A stretch of 64,000 bases of DNA from assembly GCA_016699975.1 (NCBI GenBank), contig CP064994.1, positions 981,874 to 1,045,873 of the forward strand. The letters are read 5' to 3'. Source of the stretch: Candidatus Moraniibacteriota bacterium. GTDB taxonomy: Bacteria > Patescibacteriota > Minisyncoccia > Moranbacterales > UBA1568. Below are positions 23,230 through 35,184 of the stretch, one piece after another (position 1 is the first letter of the stretch; each line of letters opens with the position of its first letter). Below the pieces are notes generated by a model. The model was not told the origin of the DNA, did not search any database, and worked only from the letters and a program-made list of their open reading frames with translations. The position numbers and the translations under genes were made by a program.

Positions 23230-23760
23230 CTAGAGATACCGAATGAGGAGAAATCCCAGAATAAGGAGAGCAACAAAAAGAAGCGAGAAGACATCAATAT
23301 ATTTTTCAATCGAATCTTTGTATCGCTTCCCCAAGTGGTGCATCAGAAACGCTACCAAGAAGAACCGCGCGCCGCGTCCGAAGATGGAGGCGATCAGGAA
23401 AGCCGCGAAGTGAATGTGAAAGACACCGGCCGCGATCGTAATCAGCTTATATGGGATTGGTGTAAAAGCAGCGGTAAAGACAGTCAAAAAAGCGTTTTCT
23501 TCGTAGCGAGTTCCAATAAGAGCAAACGCCTCCTGCAAATGATACGTCTCGACGACCCACGCCCCGACACTCCCAAAGAGGAGAAGTCCGATGCCGTATC
23601 CAGCTACACCTCCCGCTACACTTGAGGCGGTACAAATCGCCGCATGACGAAGAAATTTCTTGGGGTTCGCCATGACCATGGCGATGAGCAGTGGATCAGG
23701 AGGGATCGGAAAGAAGGAACTTTCCGCAAAAGAAATTCCGCAAGCGCGCGCTCGGCCCAT
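23230..23760 (-). CDS. DedA/YqaA-family membrane protein
   Basis: SFAESSFFPIPPDPLLIAMVMANPKKFLRHAAICTASSVAGGVAGYGIG. Confidence 0.6.
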   Translation of the reverse strand: MGRARACGISFAESSFFPIPPDPLLIAMVMANPKKFLRHAAICTASSVAGGVAGYGIGLLLFGSVGAWVVETYHLQEAFALIGTRYEENAFLTVFTAAFTPIPYKLITIAAGVFHIHFAAFLIASIFGRGARFFLVAFLMHHLGKRYKDSIEKYIDVFSLLFVALLILGFLLIRYL

Positions 23761-23938
23761 TTGGTCTCCGCCCATCCGACTACCCAATTATAGAGTGCAC
23801 GAATTTTTTTTCTCGGCCAAGAAAAAAAAGAGAGGATAAAAAGAATCGGTTTCGATTCGATGAAAGCACGAAAGCGAGGTGCGCCGTTTTTCAAGCCGAA
23901 GAGCCAACCAAACATACACTAGATGTAAAAAAGAATCT

Positions 23939-26022
23939 CTACTTCTTACCGCCGCCCATTACTTCCTGCGCCACATTCGAGGGAACTTCCGCATAGTGGC
24001 CAAACTCCATGGAGTAGCTCGCCCGTCCCTGCGACATTGAGCGGAGCGCGGTCGCATAACCGAACATCGCGGCAAGCGGCACTTCTGCGAGAATCTCTTT
24101 TACGCGCGCATTTCCTTCGCCGCGATCGTTCATCTCTTTGATAATACCTCGCTTGGCGTTTACATCTCCGACCGCATCTCCCATAAATGCTTCCGGCGTA
24201 ATCACAACTACTTTCATGATCGGTTCAAGTATGATCGGCTTTGCTTTCCGCATTGCTTCTTTAAACGCCATTGAACCCGCTATTTTGAAGGCCGCCTCAG
24301 AAGAATCGACATCATGGTAGGAACCGTCGTAGACGGTTGCTTTCACATCGACGACCGGATATCCCGCGAGAACGCCGTTTTGCATCGCCTCCTGAATACC
24401 CTTGTCGATTGGCTTGATATATTCTTGCGGAATAACGCCGCCCTTGATTTCATCGATAAATTCGTATCCCTTCCCTGCCTCCTGAGGTTCGAGGCGAATC
24501 CAGCAGTGGCCATATTGCCCGCGTCCGCCCGACTGTTTGATGTATTTCCCTTCGGCTTCGGCAAGCATTTTTACTGTTTCACGATATGCTACCTGCGGGC
24601 GTCCAACATTGACGTCTACCTTAAACTCGCGTCGCATACGATCAACAATGATGTCGAGGTGAAGTTCACCCATACCTGAGAGAATGGTCTGTCCACTCTC
24701 TTCGTCAGTATGAACACGGAAGGTTGGATCTTCTTCGGAGAGTTTTTTGAGCGCGATACCCATTTTTTCCTGATCCGCTTTCGTTTTCGGCTCAACCGCA
24801 ATATCAATAACTGGTTCCGGAAAGACGATCGACTCAAGCACAACAGGATGGTCGGGATCGCAGAGCGTGTCTCCAGTCGTCGTCGCCTTCATTCCAACGA
24901 GCGCGCCGATTCCGCCCGCGGAAAGCTCAGAAATTTCTTCACGATGATTTGCATGAATTTGCAGAATGCGACCAATACGCTCTTTTTCTCCTTTCGTAGA
25001 ATTGAGAACATAAGAGCCCGCTTTCACTGTACCCGAATAGACTCGAAAGAAGGTGAGCTGTCCCACAAACGGATCGGTCGCCACTTTGAAAGCAAGGGCC
25101 GAAAACGGAGCGTTTTCATCAACCTTCACTTCCACCTCAGTATTCGTTTTGGGATCAATTCCCCGGGCCGCCGGAATATCAAGAGGCGACGGGAGGTACG
25201 AAATTACGGCATCAAGAACAAGTTGCACTCCTTTGTTGCGAAGCGCCGTTCCAACAAGTACCGGAATGAGCCGAGTGGAGATAACCGCTTTTCGGAGCGC
25301 CGCCTTTATTTCGGCGGAAGAAATTTCTTCTCCGCTCAAAATTTTTCAATAAGCACGTCGTCCGTTTCGGAAATTTTTTCCACCATGGTATCACGCCAGC
25401 GCTTTGCCGTCTCCAGCATATTTTCCGGTATCTCGATCGGCACAATTTTTTCTCCCATATCTCCCTCGAAGGTATACGCCTTCATCTCTATGAGATCGAT
25501 GATGCCCGAAAAATCAGACCGAACGCCGATCGGATACTGAATCGCAACAGCATTCGGTGTAAGACGATTCCAGATCGAAGAAAGAGCCGCTTCAAAGTCA
25601 GCACCTTCCTTATCTATTTTGTTGATAAAACAAACACGCGGGACACTGTACTTGTCCGCCTGGCGCCACACGGTTTCGGACTGAGGTTCAACCCCTTCCT
25701 TCCCGTCGAAAACGACTACTCCACCATCAAGAACACGAAGCGATCTCTCTACCTCGACTGTAAAATCGACGTGGCCTGGCGTATCGATAATGTTGATCTG
25801 ATGATCCTTCCAATAGCAGGTTGTCGCAGCACTCGTAATCGTAATGCCGCGCTCACGTTCTTGCTCCATCCAGTCCATGGTTGCCTCTCCTTCATGCACC
25901 TCGCCGATTTTATGCGTAATGCCGGTATAGAACAAAACGCGTTCGGTTGTTGTAGTTTTTCCGGCATCGATGTGGGCGATAATGCCGATATTCCGCAGTT
26001 TTTCGAGAGGCGTATGAGTCAT
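23939..26022 (-). CDS. fusA: Elongation factor G; frameshift in an A5/T4 run near 25347-25357
   Basis: [23 protein letters not shown], full EF-G domains II-V. ORFs 25336-26022 and 23939-25339 join as ...[23 protein letters not shown]. Confidence 0.9.
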
Positions 26023-26584
26023 AGGGTCGCAATTACAAAGTCTTCAAATCGTGAAAAATCCGAATGAAAAATGTTACTGAAACAACAAGGGACAGCAATG
26101 GAATGAGGAGAGCATTCTCGCACGGAAGAATATATGTACACCCGCCACCCTGTCCAAAATTGAGAGAAGTATTTTCACTTGATCTGGAAACCAAAACGGC
26201 GTTCGAATTCTTCCTTCCTACACATTAATCACGTTGTTCGTTCTCTTAACTCTTAAGAAGAGCAGGAACAAAAGGAGTGAATCGACAAACAAGCACCGGC
26301 ATCTCTTCTCAAATCAAATAAGACTCCACCAAAATATTACCATGAGAAATTCCTCAGAATTGGAGAGGTGCCGAATACTTTTTTGCCTCTCCCAGTCGTC
26401 CATGAGAGAAAATTTCACAATATCCCTCTCGGCAAAATTTCCGCTTATGCGTAACAGATCGCTTTTGAGCTCTCGAAGAAAAAGATTCTTATGGAGACAG
26501 AGGAGACAGAAATGAATCGAAAATCCCGAAAAAAAGAACGAGAATTTCTGCACATGAGATGCCGATCAAAAGCTCATGCGAATG

Positions 26585-27052
26585 CTAGGCGAAATGAGCA
26601 AACGCTTTGTTAGCTTCCGCCATACGATGCACATCTTCTCGCTTCTTCATGGCAAGCCCCATCTTATTCGAGGCGTCAAGAAGTTCATCAGCAAGACGCT
26701 CCGCCATCGGTTTCCCTTTCTTTTTTCGACACACGTCGCGAATCCAACGCATGGCGAGCATTTGGCGGCGCTCTCCGGAAACCGGAACCGGAACCTGGAA
26801 GTTTGCTCCACCGACCCGGCGACTTTTGAGCTCAAGAAGCGGAGAAACATTTTTGATCGCCTGCTCGAAGATATTGAGACCACCCTTCTTCGTACGTTCG
26901 CGAATAATTTCGAAGGCATCATAGATAATGTCTTCGGCGACGGTTTTTTTTCCGTCCCACATTATCATTCCCACAAAATGACCCACGAGCGGATTTCCGA
27001 ATCGCGAATCAATTTTCCACGTTTTATCGTACAGTCGTTTCCTTCGAGGCAT
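26585..27052 (-). CDS. rpsG: 30S ribosomal protein S7
   Basis: MPRRKR...GANFQVPVPVSGERRQMLAMRWIRD. Confidence 0.9.
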   Translation of the reverse strand: MPRRKRLYDKTWKIDSRFGNPLVGHFVGMIMWDGKKTVAEDIIYDAFEIIRERTKKGGLNIFEQAIKNVSPLLELKSRRVGGANFQVPVPVSGERRQMLAMRWIRDVCRKKKGKPMAERLADELLDASNKMGLAMKKREDVHRMAEANKAFAHFA

Positions 27053-27224
27053 AAATCGTCACTCAAAACTTACACGAATACAAAAGAAAAAATAGAGGCA
27101 ACCCCACTCTTGTTCTCAACAATTTTATCATTCCGTCCTTCCTCCCCAATTCATATAACTCTCCTCTCGAATAAAAAATGTGATCGATACTCGAGCCGGA
27201 CCATCGTATGGAAAGAGAGAAAGA

Positions 27225-27641
27225 CTATCCTTTCTTCGGACGCTTGGCGCCGTACTTGGAGCGACCACGGCGTCTTTCATTCACACCGGACGCATCGAGA
27301 ACGCCTCGCACAATATGGTAGCGCACCCCAGGCAAATCTTTCACCCTTCCACCACGAATCATAACAATGGAGTGTTCCTGCAAATTGTGTCCGATTCCCG
27401 GAATATAGGCGGTCACTTCCATACCGTTTGTGAGACGAACGCGCGCAATTTTTCGAAGTGCGGAGTTCGGTTTTTTGGGAGTGGTAGTCGAAACCTTGAG
27501 ACACACGCCGCGCTTATACGGTCCGAAAGTCTTGGTCGGGTGATTCTTAATCGTATTCAAAACAAATCCAAAAGCAGGAGACTTGGATTTTTTGGCGGAG
27601 GAGGTGCGCGGTCTTCGGACCAACTGATTGAGCGTAGGCAT
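27225..27641 (-). CDS. rpsL: 30S ribosomal protein S12
   Basis: [12 protein letters not shown]...[40 protein letters not shown]. Confidence 0.9.
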   Translation of the reverse strand: MPTLNQLVRRPRTSSAKKSKSPAFGFVLNTIKNHPTKTFGPYKRGVCLKVSTTTPKKPNSALRKIARVRLTNGMEVTAYIPGIGHNLQEHSIVMIRGGRVKDLPGVRYHIVRGVLDASGVNERRRGRSKYGAKRPKKG

Positions 27642-27828
27642 GGTAACGAAAGATAAAAGCGAATTTTCAATAACAAAAGGGTCTCTTTTCCTGGCTTCTT
27701 CGCATTCGAGATATCTCTGTGTCTCCAGAGTGAGCACTGAAGCAAAAGTTCCCCAAACAAAAAAGCGGGGCTTCGCTTGCTTTCCCGATCATAAACGAGG
27801 TCTCCCCGCTTGTCAATAATGACTCCTC

Positions 27829-28572
27829 CTACGTCGCAATGCCTAAAAAGAATTCGAGGAGAAAGAGAAATGGACGATGAATCACCACGTCTCCGAGGGG
27901 CGAAAAGATAAGGATGAGGAGAAAGAGAAAGCCGTACTGCTCAAGAAACATGATGGTCTCATTTCGAAGCGAAAGAATCGGATAGAGCAACTTGGAACCA
28001 TCGAGTGGCGGAATGGGAATCATGTTGAAAACTCCAAGAAGCACATTCCAGAAAATAAGCATGAGAAGAAACCCAAGAAATATTCCCGGGAGCGAGCCTG
28101 CCATTGAGTCGGCAAACCCTCCCCAGCGATCCGACCATTCTCCCACCCGAAACATAATATCGAGAAATCGATCGCGAATATCCTGCCGTTCCGCAAGACT
28201 GAGCGGCAAGAATCGCGCGCAAAGAGCAGCAATGAGAGCAATCAAAAAATTTATTCCCGGACCCGCGAAAGCAACGAGTACTGGTCCCCATCGCTGATTT
28301 GAAAGATTGTACGGATTATACGGGACCGGTTTCGCCCATCCAAAGGCAAGGCCCGTCGTGAAAAACATGGCAAGAGGCACGATGATGGATCCAACCATAT
28401 CAACGTGCGAGACAGGATTAAGGGTCAATCGCCCGGCATACTGCGCCGTCCTATCTCCGAGCCACAAGGCAACCACGCCATGAGAAATTTCGTGCACGAT
28501 CACTGTATAGAAGAGAAGCGCGAGATAAAATTCGACGAGAACAAATTCTTGAGGAGACATACGATCAATCAC
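27829..28572 (-). CDS. Site-2 protease family (peptidase M50) membrane metalloprotease
   Basis: HEISHG HExxH motif within a TM helix, multiple TM segments. Confidence 0.65.
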   Translation of the reverse strand: MIDRMSPQEFVLVEFYLALLFYTVIVHEISHGVVALWLGDRTAQYAGRLTLNPVSHVDMVGSIIVPLAMFFTTGLAFGWAKPVPYNPYNLSNQRWGPVLVAFAGPGINFLIALIAALCARFLPLSLAERQDIRDRFLDIMFRVGEWSDRWGGFADSMAGSLPGIFLGFLLMLIFWNVLLGVFNMIPIPPLDGSKLLYPILSLRNETIMFLEQYGFLFLLILIFSPLGDVVIHRPFLFLLEFFLGIAT

Positions 28573-28794
28573 GAATAAATATCGAAACAGAATGGAAAGA
28601 GCGCCATCACTCTTTTGTTTTCATTCACACCCTTCTTTGAATGCAGCCCCAGGAAAAACGATGAGCGATACCTCCCGCTTGAGAAAGAGCACCCCGCACT
28701 TCGGAAAGGAAAAGCAACACCGAAGAAACGGGAGTTGACTCGTGGGAAGCGCTATGATACCTTTTCTATCATAGTTTCGTTAAGGAATCAATTT

Positions 28795-28971
28795 ATGAGC
28801 AGAGTCTGCGCCTTCTCCGGCCGCGGCACTACTTCCGGAAATTCACGAAGCCACTCGAATATCGGAACGCGCCGCAAATTCAAGATCAACCTTCAAACCA
28901 AAAAGATAGGGGGGGTGCGAGTGAAATTGAGCACCCGAGCAATCCGAACACTTACCAAAACCGACAAATAA
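28795..28971 (+). CDS. rpmB: 50S ribosomal protein L28
   Basis: MSRVCAFSGRGTTSGNSRSHSNIGTRRKFKINLQ; AAGGAA 9 nt upstream of the ATG. Confidence 0.85.
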   Translation: MSRVCAFSGRGTTSGNSRSHSNIGTRRKFKINLQTKKIGGVRVKLSTRAIRTLTKTDK

Positions 28972-29107
28972 AGACTTGTAGCAGAGTCGCGTTTTTTTAG
29001 GTACAGACGTTTTCGAGAGCGAGATACGAGATATATTGCTGCCACATTCTTCCGGAAACACAAAAAGACGAACATCTTACCGAATCTTAACCTCTTTCTG
29101 TACGCTT

Positions 29108-29533
29108 ATGACAGGATTTATCAAAGAGTTTCGTGAATTTGCCATGAAAGGAAGCGTGGTTGATCTTGCAGTCGGTGTCATTATCGGAACAGCTTTCGGA
29201 AAAATTGTGAGCTCCCTCGTATCCGATGTGCTCATGCCGCCTCTTGGACTTATTTTGAACAAAGTTAATTTTTCGGAGCTGTACTGGAACTTGTCCGGAA
29301 AGGCCTATCCCACCTTGGAAGCTGCGCAAAAAGCAGGCGCGCCCACCATCAATTACGGACTTTTCATCACAAACGTCATCGCGTTTCTCATTACCGCTTT
29401 CGCTATCTTTATGGTGGTAAAGCAGCTCAATCGATTCCGTCCGAAGAAAGAAAAAGAGGAGAAACCGACGGAGCCATCGAAACAAGAAATGCTCCTCACA
29501 GAGATTCGCGACGCACTCCGAAACCGAAGATAA
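29108..29533 (+). CDS. mscL: Large-conductance mechanosensitive channel
   Basis: [44 protein letters not shown]. Confidence 0.85.
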   Translation: MTGFIKEFREFAMKGSVVDLAVGVIIGTAFGKIVSSLVSDVLMPPLGLILNKVNFSELYWNLSGKAYPTLEAAQKAGAPTINYGLFITNVIAFLITAFAIFMVVKQLNRFRPKKEKEEKPTEPSKQEMLLTEIRDALRNRR

Positions 29534-29862
29534 GCGATTCTTGATACTAAACGTCGAAAATTGACAGCGTTCTCTCTCCAAAAACTCCCCTCTCGGGGAG
29601 TTTTTCTTGATCGAATTTCAAAATCATTCTCCAAAGATCTTTCAAGCAAACACAAACGGGTTACAGGAGAAAACTTTTCTTTCAACCTTTATTCCGATTT
29701 CGCGCGAAATACTGATAGCCCCACAAAGAACGAGACGTTCTCTTTTATTTTTATTACGAAAGTTGGTGAGATGAGTCAAGGGACAATAAGAGGACCGAAT
29801 CATACCGGCGCTCATCACTTCTCTCTTTGAGTTTCTCTAAGAGATATGGAAATCCGTGCGGC

Positions 29863-30456
29863 TCACTTTTCGAGGTGCTTCTCCCGAGAGACATGAGGAG
29901 AGGGACGTTCCTCCTGAAACGCTCGCGACAGAACCGTTCTCCGCGGACATTGCTGAGAGTGAGTTTCTGAAAAACGAGCTCCATGTTCCGCCAAAAGGCG
30001 AAGATACTCGGGATCGCTTTTTGCTTCCCGATAACGTTCGAAAAATATTCGTGCCGACTCTGCTTTCACGGCATCCTCCTGAAGCGGAAGAACACGCTTC
30101 CGCCGGGCAACCGCCGTTTCTTTGTCGGGGGCACGCTGAGGATTTTCCTGATATTTTTTTCCACTTGGATGATTGGCGTAGCGCCGAGAGCGCGTCCAGC
30201 CCATCTGTAAAAACTTCCGCGCCATGTCCATCCCCACAAAATCCCGCGCCGCCTTGTATTCGAGAAAAAGTGCAAAGATTTTTTCAGAAGATGCTCGAGC
30301 AACTTCTGGCGTCCGAAATCTCCAAAAAGGAAGAATTTCAGATTTGTAAGGTTCAACCAGAAGAACACCCTGCTCTCCTTTTCCCACGCGATACCACTCA
30401 GGGTGTTTTCGAAAGTCGATAGCAGAGAAGTCGAGAGAGTAGTCGAATGCTTGCAT
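29863..30456 (-). CDS. Conserved hypothetical protein (DUF4385-like by recollection)
   Basis: DFRKHPEWYRVGKGEQGVLLVEPYKSEILPFWRFRTPEVA matches my memory of that family; not verifiable here. Confidence 0.35.
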   Translation of the reverse strand: MQAFDYSLDFSAIDFRKHPEWYRVGKGEQGVLLVEPYKSEILPFWRFRTPEVARASSEKIFALFLEYKAARDFVGMDMARKFLQMGWTRSRRYANHPSGKKYQENPQRAPDKETAVARRKRVLPLQEDAVKAESARIFFERYREAKSDPEYLRLLAEHGARFSETHSQQCPRRTVLSRAFQEERPSPHVSREKHLEK

Positions 30457-30705
30457 ACGAGAAACGAACAATTTGATCTGCTGCCGGCGCTCCTTGTGCC
30501 CCGAAAACTTGAGAATATCCCATTTTCACTTTTTATTTCGGCATCGCCACTCTCCAGGGAGAACAGAGGTTCTCCCTTTCGTAATCATCTTGAGTGATTT
30601 TCACTGTGAATTTTTCTTCCCTACAGGGCAAACACAGAAAAAATTCACTGCTCCACAAAAAATTGTGAGGAAAAAGCTTTGAGAAGAAGAACTTGTCTCT
30701 TATAG

Positions 30706-30776
30706 TCGGGCTGCCGGGAATTGAACCCGGTCTACATCCACCCCATGGACGCGTACTACCGGTATACTACAGCCCG
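30706..30776 (-). tRNA. tRNA-Pro (anticodon GGG)
   Basis: Manual fold: 7-bp acceptor CGGGCUG/CAGCCCG, T-loop GGTTCAATTCC, anticodon stem CGUCC/GGAUG with loop AUGGGGU; no encoded CCA. Confidence 0.75.
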
Positions 30777-30868
30777 AAATCACGCTCTCGGGAAAAGCCT
30801 ATCACGGCGTTCATAAAAAATCAAAAGGCGATGTCGCGGCATCGCCTTTATAAACAATAAAAACTTAT

Positions 30869-31087
30869 TTACAAAGAGTCAGGGCTCCTTTCACTTTCTC
30901 CACTTTTTCCTCCACCCTTCTCTTCTCCAGGAGGCTCCGGAAAAGTTTCATCCAATAGAGACAATAAACAAGAAGCTTCCTTATAATTGCGGTGATTCCC
31001 TTCAAATCCAGATCCTTGTATATTTGGATTCACCAAATTCCCTTCGAGATAGCGCAACAGTGTCCCTGAACAAATTCTTCTTGCCAT
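30869..31087 (-). CDS. Small hypothetical protein (72 aa)
   Basis: ATG with GAGGAG 9 nt upstream. Confidence 0.3.
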   Translation of the reverse strand: MARRICSGTLLRYLEGNLVNPNIQGSGFEGNHRNYKEASCLLSLLDETFPEPPGEEKGGGKSGESERSPDSL

Positions 31088-31414
31088 GATTCAACTCCTC
31101 TGTTGGTTTCTGGAAGCAAAATAAATCTTTCTTGTGTTTCCGGAAGAGTCTTCGACAGACAAAACCCGTGCAGAGTCTTTCACACGTTCCCCTCCGACTC
31201 TATCTCGTACTGAAACAGCGAGTACGGGAGATACTCTCCTTGCTTGATTCTCTTTCACCGCTTGTGTCCTCCTTCGGTTTTTTAACGAACAAAATTTGGA
31301 ACGATATCGGGCATTCGAGGGAATTATCCCGATCTTTTTTAGTTTCCTCCAATTCAAGAACGAGCATAGTATGCCACGTGGGAAAGTCTTGTCAAGACGA
31401 AAGGACACGATCAA

Positions 31415-31439
31415 AAGCCGCCTCTTTCGGAGGCGGCTT
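31415..31439 (-). terminator. Hairpin aagccgcctc/gaggcggctt downstream of ndk (short U-tract)
   Basis: 10-bp perfect stem, 4-nt loop. Confidence 0.4.
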
Positions 31440-31480
31440 GACGAAAAACCCGATGAGACAAGGAAATGCTGCCAAGCTTA

Positions 31481-32083
31481 CTACTCAAGTATTCCATCCA
31501 AATTCACATCGTACAAAATCGCCTCTTGGATATGGCGGTACGAGAGCAGCTCTTCGGGACGAAACCAAATCAGAATTTCTTTCTCCGCTTCTCCCGGGTC
31601 ACCTGAGGCATGAATAAGATTACGAATGGAGCGGCTATCCACATCAGCAAGCTGATATGAGTCGACCGTCAAATCGCCACGAATCGTCCCAACATCGCTC
31701 GAAAGAGGCTCCGTTCCGCCGGTAATTTTTCGGACAATGCCAACTGCCTGATTCCCCTCCCACACCATGAGAATGACTGGTCCGGAAGAAAGGTACTTTG
31801 CATTCGATTGGAGAATCGCCATTCCATTTTCTCGAAACGTTTTGAATGGAGACTGTTGTCCCTTTTTCTCGTACGCTGCTGCCGCCTTTTTCCCCACGTT
31901 TTCGAGCCACTCTTCTCCTCCGACCATATAGTGTTCCGTGGCCATCTCGGGAGTCGGAATAAGCATTTTCATCGCAACAAGCTTGAGACCACTTCGTTCG
32001 TAGCGGCGAAGGATTTCTCCTATGAGCGAGCGTTGCACGGCATCCGGCTTCATAATAGCGAGCGTTCGTTCTTTCCGAATCAT
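31481..32083 (-). CDS. ndk: Nucleoside-diphosphate kinase (with internal insertion and C-terminal extension)
   Basis: TLAIMKPDAVQRSLIGEILRRYERSGLKLVAMKM; active-site His region ...IHASGDPGEAEKEILIWF. Confidence 0.8.
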   Translation of the reverse strand: MIRKERTLAIMKPDAVQRSLIGEILRRYERSGLKLVAMKMLIPTPEMATEHYMVGGEEWLENVGKKAAAAYEKKGQQSPFKTFRENGMAILQSNAKYLSSGPVILMVWEGNQAVGIVRKITGGTEPLSSDVGTIRGDLTVDSYQLADVDSRSIRNLIHASGDPGEAEKEILIWFRPEELLSYRHIQEAILYDVNLDGILE

Positions 32084-32164
32084 AATTCCGTTTCACAAAA
32101 ATTAATTCGAGCCGGCCTTTCCGGTGCTCCTCCTACTATCAGTATTTTCGGAGAAAGCAAGAGA

Positions 32165-32977
32165 TTACTGTCCTTTGAATCCAGAAAGTCGATACAATAT
32201 CTCGCCTTCGATGTACGAGATAAAGACAGGAGCACGGTGTCGGGAATCATCGGCCTGGTTTCGGTTATCACTCAGAACAAAATATTGATCAGGACCGAGC
32301 GTCATCGATACGTTGAAGTTTGTTTGCCCGTCACCGGAGAACTTCTGCAAAAATTGGTCGTTTATAAAAATACTTCCGTCGCGAATGTCGATTTTTTCGG
32401 AGGGTAATCCGACAACCCTTTTCACAAAGAACGATTTCGGTTGATTCTCATCTCGGAACACCACGACATCGCCGCGAGAAAATTGCTTTTTTAGTTTGTT
32501 CACCAAGAGATAGTCCCCCTCTTCATACGCCGGACTCATCTCAGACCCAACCATAAAAAATGGAGAAACCACAAAAAGACGAATGGGAACGACAACGACA
32601 ACAAAGAGGAGAAGGCTCACGATATTGAGAGCAAGGTATATTCCCAAAGACTTTGCCCAAGAAGTTCCATAATATTTTTTGTATACGAACGAGAAGAGAA
32701 AGAAGGCAACGCCGATCGCCACAACTGCCGAGAACGTCTCGGAAGCGACCGCGCCAAGAATGATATTAACGAAAAGAGTCGCCACTCCCGAAATACCGAT
32801 AATGAGAAGTGACTTCGTATACGTTGAATCTTTCACTCCAAAAAATTTCGAAATCAAATGGAGAAGACTTCCGCCGAGCAGGAAACTCAGGAGGAAAACT
32901 GCGAGAGTAAATGCGAGAAGCTCCATAGAGTACATAGAGTACGGAAGAAATTCGTATGCTGACAACAAAACAAACAA
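32165..32977 (-). CDS. lepB: Signal peptidase I with N-terminal membrane extension
   Basis: SPFFMVGSEMSPAYEEGDYLLVNKL, GDVVVFRD, FVKRVVGLPSEKIDI, YFVLSDNRNQADDSRHRAPV. Confidence 0.8.
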   Translation of the reverse strand: MFVLLSAYEFLPYSMYSMELLAFTLAVFLLSFLLGGSLLHLISKFFGVKDSTYTKSLLIIGISGVATLFVNIILGAVASETFSAVVAIGVAFFLFSFVYKKYYGTSWAKSLGIYLALNIVSLLLFVVVVVPIRLFVVSPFFMVGSEMSPAYEEGDYLLVNKLKKQFSRGDVVVFRDENQPKSFFVKRVVGLPSEKIDIRDGSIFINDQFLQKFSGDGQTNFNVSMTLGPDQYFVLSDNRNQADDSRHRAPVFISYIEGEILYRLSGFKGQ

Positions 32978-33479
32978 AGAGTATCCTCGTTAAAGTTTGC
33001 AAGTGTCGTTTCTGTATTCTGCATTCAGAGTATAAAATTCGAAGCATTTTTACAATCCTCTCTTGATCACTCGCATATTGATTTTTTGCCAACCATACGA
33101 GCGTTCCGGTTTTGCGGTGTGTAATATAGACAAAGTTCCAATGTATTTAATGTATTTATAGGTATATCTGAGCATTTTGCCAGTTTTACTCTTGCCATTT
33201 TCTCCGTGGTTTGCGTCGACATGAGGTGTTCCTGTCTCCGCTCGCAAACATTTCATACTGGCCACTCACATTCGTTTGCGATGACTGCTCGGTCTGGTTT
33301 CGTATTCGCTCGGTAGCTTCGGCGATGTTAGATGTTAGTGGTAGCTCTTTGTGCTTGCCCCACCCTCCCAGTGCGCACACAACAATAATCCCTTATATAC
33401 AAATATACATATACAAAGAAATGGCCCGCACAGTGTTTCCACCATGCAGGCCGATTGTTGAACCTAGGACCGGAACCGA

Positions 33480-34979
33480 TCAGCGGCCGTTGAACTTGCG
33501 TCGCAAATCGTCGAGTGTATATTTCCCGTCGGAGGGATTCGGTAAGGACTTCGGGAGAAGCCCCCAACCATCACCAACCGGTGGGCTCGGAATGCCGGAA
33601 GCGAGACCGCGTGCGCCTTCCCACTCGCGCTCGAGCTCGTCTTGAATTTCCCTGATCCGCTCGAGTTGAGCCTCGGTGAGAGACTCGGTAGGCAGATGAA
33701 CGATCTCGAAGTTGTGCGCCGCCGCGGAGCAAGACTTGCTCCACTTGAGCACCACTTCGCTGGGCAGAATCTGCTCCCAGATCATCTCACATTCGCCGTA
33801 ACGATGCAGTCGACGAGAGTTGAGATCGGTCCATCCGGTATTCGGTCTGTCGCCGCCGTCGGGTCCGATGACCCAACCGTCTCCGGCATTAGTACGACCT
33901 CCACGACGTCGCCAGATGCGAATGTCGGTCGGGAGTCCGAGGGCTACCGCTTCCGTCTTCCGTCGCTGGTACTCCGCTTCGGCTGTGGCTTTCGCCCGCG
34001 CTTTCGCGGCTTCGCGTTCCTTCTGGTCGAGACTTACGCAGAACGCTGCGAGCCCTTCCTCCGAATACGCTTGGCCGTAGTAGTCACCGCTGAGCTTGAC
34101 GCGGTCATCGGTGAACTCGATCGAGAGACTGATCGCTTCCGCTCGCGGCTTGAGGACCTCGAATTTCGGCTGGAACGCTTCACGCGCGAGGCGCTGACGC
34201 TCATGTTCAGTCTTCTGTGATTCGAGTTGCGCGACATGCCGTTCGAAGCTGACGACGTTCTGTTCGTTGTAAAGATGGCTCTGCCACCCCCACTTGAACG
34301 AAACTTCGCCCTGCTCCACAAGCTCGCGCCCGAGAGCCGTCAAACGGATGTTCAGTTCGTCGAGACGAATGCCGAGCCCGGCTTCCTTTGCCGCCTTGCT
34401 CGCGCCCTCGACTTCTTCCTTGGCCCGCGCTTCGCGGTCGGCTTTCGCTTTCCGCAGTGCCGCGCGCTCCTCATCCTGCCTCTTCATCTCCACCTCGAGA
34501 CGGGACTTGTCGGCTTCTGACTCCACGGACTTCTCCGCGTAGTCAATGAAGTACGCGCCACGGCAGTGGTAGGTGCCGGCCTTTTGGAAAGCCGCCTCTA
34601 CCGCCGGAACGAACTTCTCGTCGAGTGGAGTGTCCCACTCGCCACGGGAGAACTTGTTCACCGTCTCCACTTCAGCTGTGGCTTCCCATTTCTCGCCATC
34701 GATATCTTTGACGGTGACGGAAACGATCCGCTCGATCGTTCCATACGAGCGAGCCCCTCTCGACACTCCGGCGTGCACGATGTAGAAACCTTCGTGCACC
34801 GCAACCAGCGCGTGCTGGCCGCAAGCCAAGTGTCCACCGCGACGAACGTACACCGCACGCGGCTTGGTGCCGTCGCGCTTGGTGATGATCGTGGCGGAAC
34901 CGCCACTCGTCATGCCACCACCCGACTCCCAGAGCGCCGGAATACCTCGCTTGGTCGTTTCGATACTGATCTTTCTCAT
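33480..34979 (-). CDS. Hypothetical protein (499 aa), GC-rich (~60%), central coiled coil rich in E/R/A/K
   Basis: Long ORF with AGGAGG SD; composition differs sharply from the flanks; no recognised domain. Confidence 0.45.
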   Translation of the reverse strand: MRKISIETTKRGIPALWESGGGMTSGGSATIITKRDGTKPRAVYVRRGGHLACGQHALVAVHEGFYIVHAGVSRGARSYGTIERIVSVTVKDIDGEKWEATAEVETVNKFSRGEWDTPLDEKFVPAVEAAFQKAGTYHCRGAYFIDYAEKSVESEADKSRLEVEMKRQDEERAALRKAKADREARAKEEVEGASKAAKEAGLGIRLDELNIRLTALGRELVEQGEVSFKWGWQSHLYNEQNVVSFERHVAQLESQKTEHERQRLAREAFQPKFEVLKPRAEAISLSIEFTDDRVKLSGDYYGQAYSEEGLAAFCVSLDQKEREAAKARAKATAEAEYQRRKTEAVALGLPTDIRIWRRRGGRTNAGDGWVIGPDGGDRPNTGWTDLNSRRLHRYGECEMIWEQILPSEVVLKWSKSCSAAAHNFEIVHLPTESLTEAQLERIREIQDELEREWEGARGLASGIPSPPVGDGWGLLPKSLPNPSDGKYTLDDLRRKFNGR

Positions 34980-35184
34980 CTCATCCTCCTATTCGTGCTC
35001 GGGGGTCCGGCTTTGCCGTTCCCATGAGCGTGAATTACCCGCTAGTTCTGGCCGCGAGCTTCGCCATCCAATCTCAATTTACAAAGAGCGTATCCATTTC
35101 GTCCTTTCGGACTCATCGGGTAGGACACACATCCTACGATGGAGGGAGATTTTTTTAACGAAGTTCTCCCAAACTCCGAACCGA

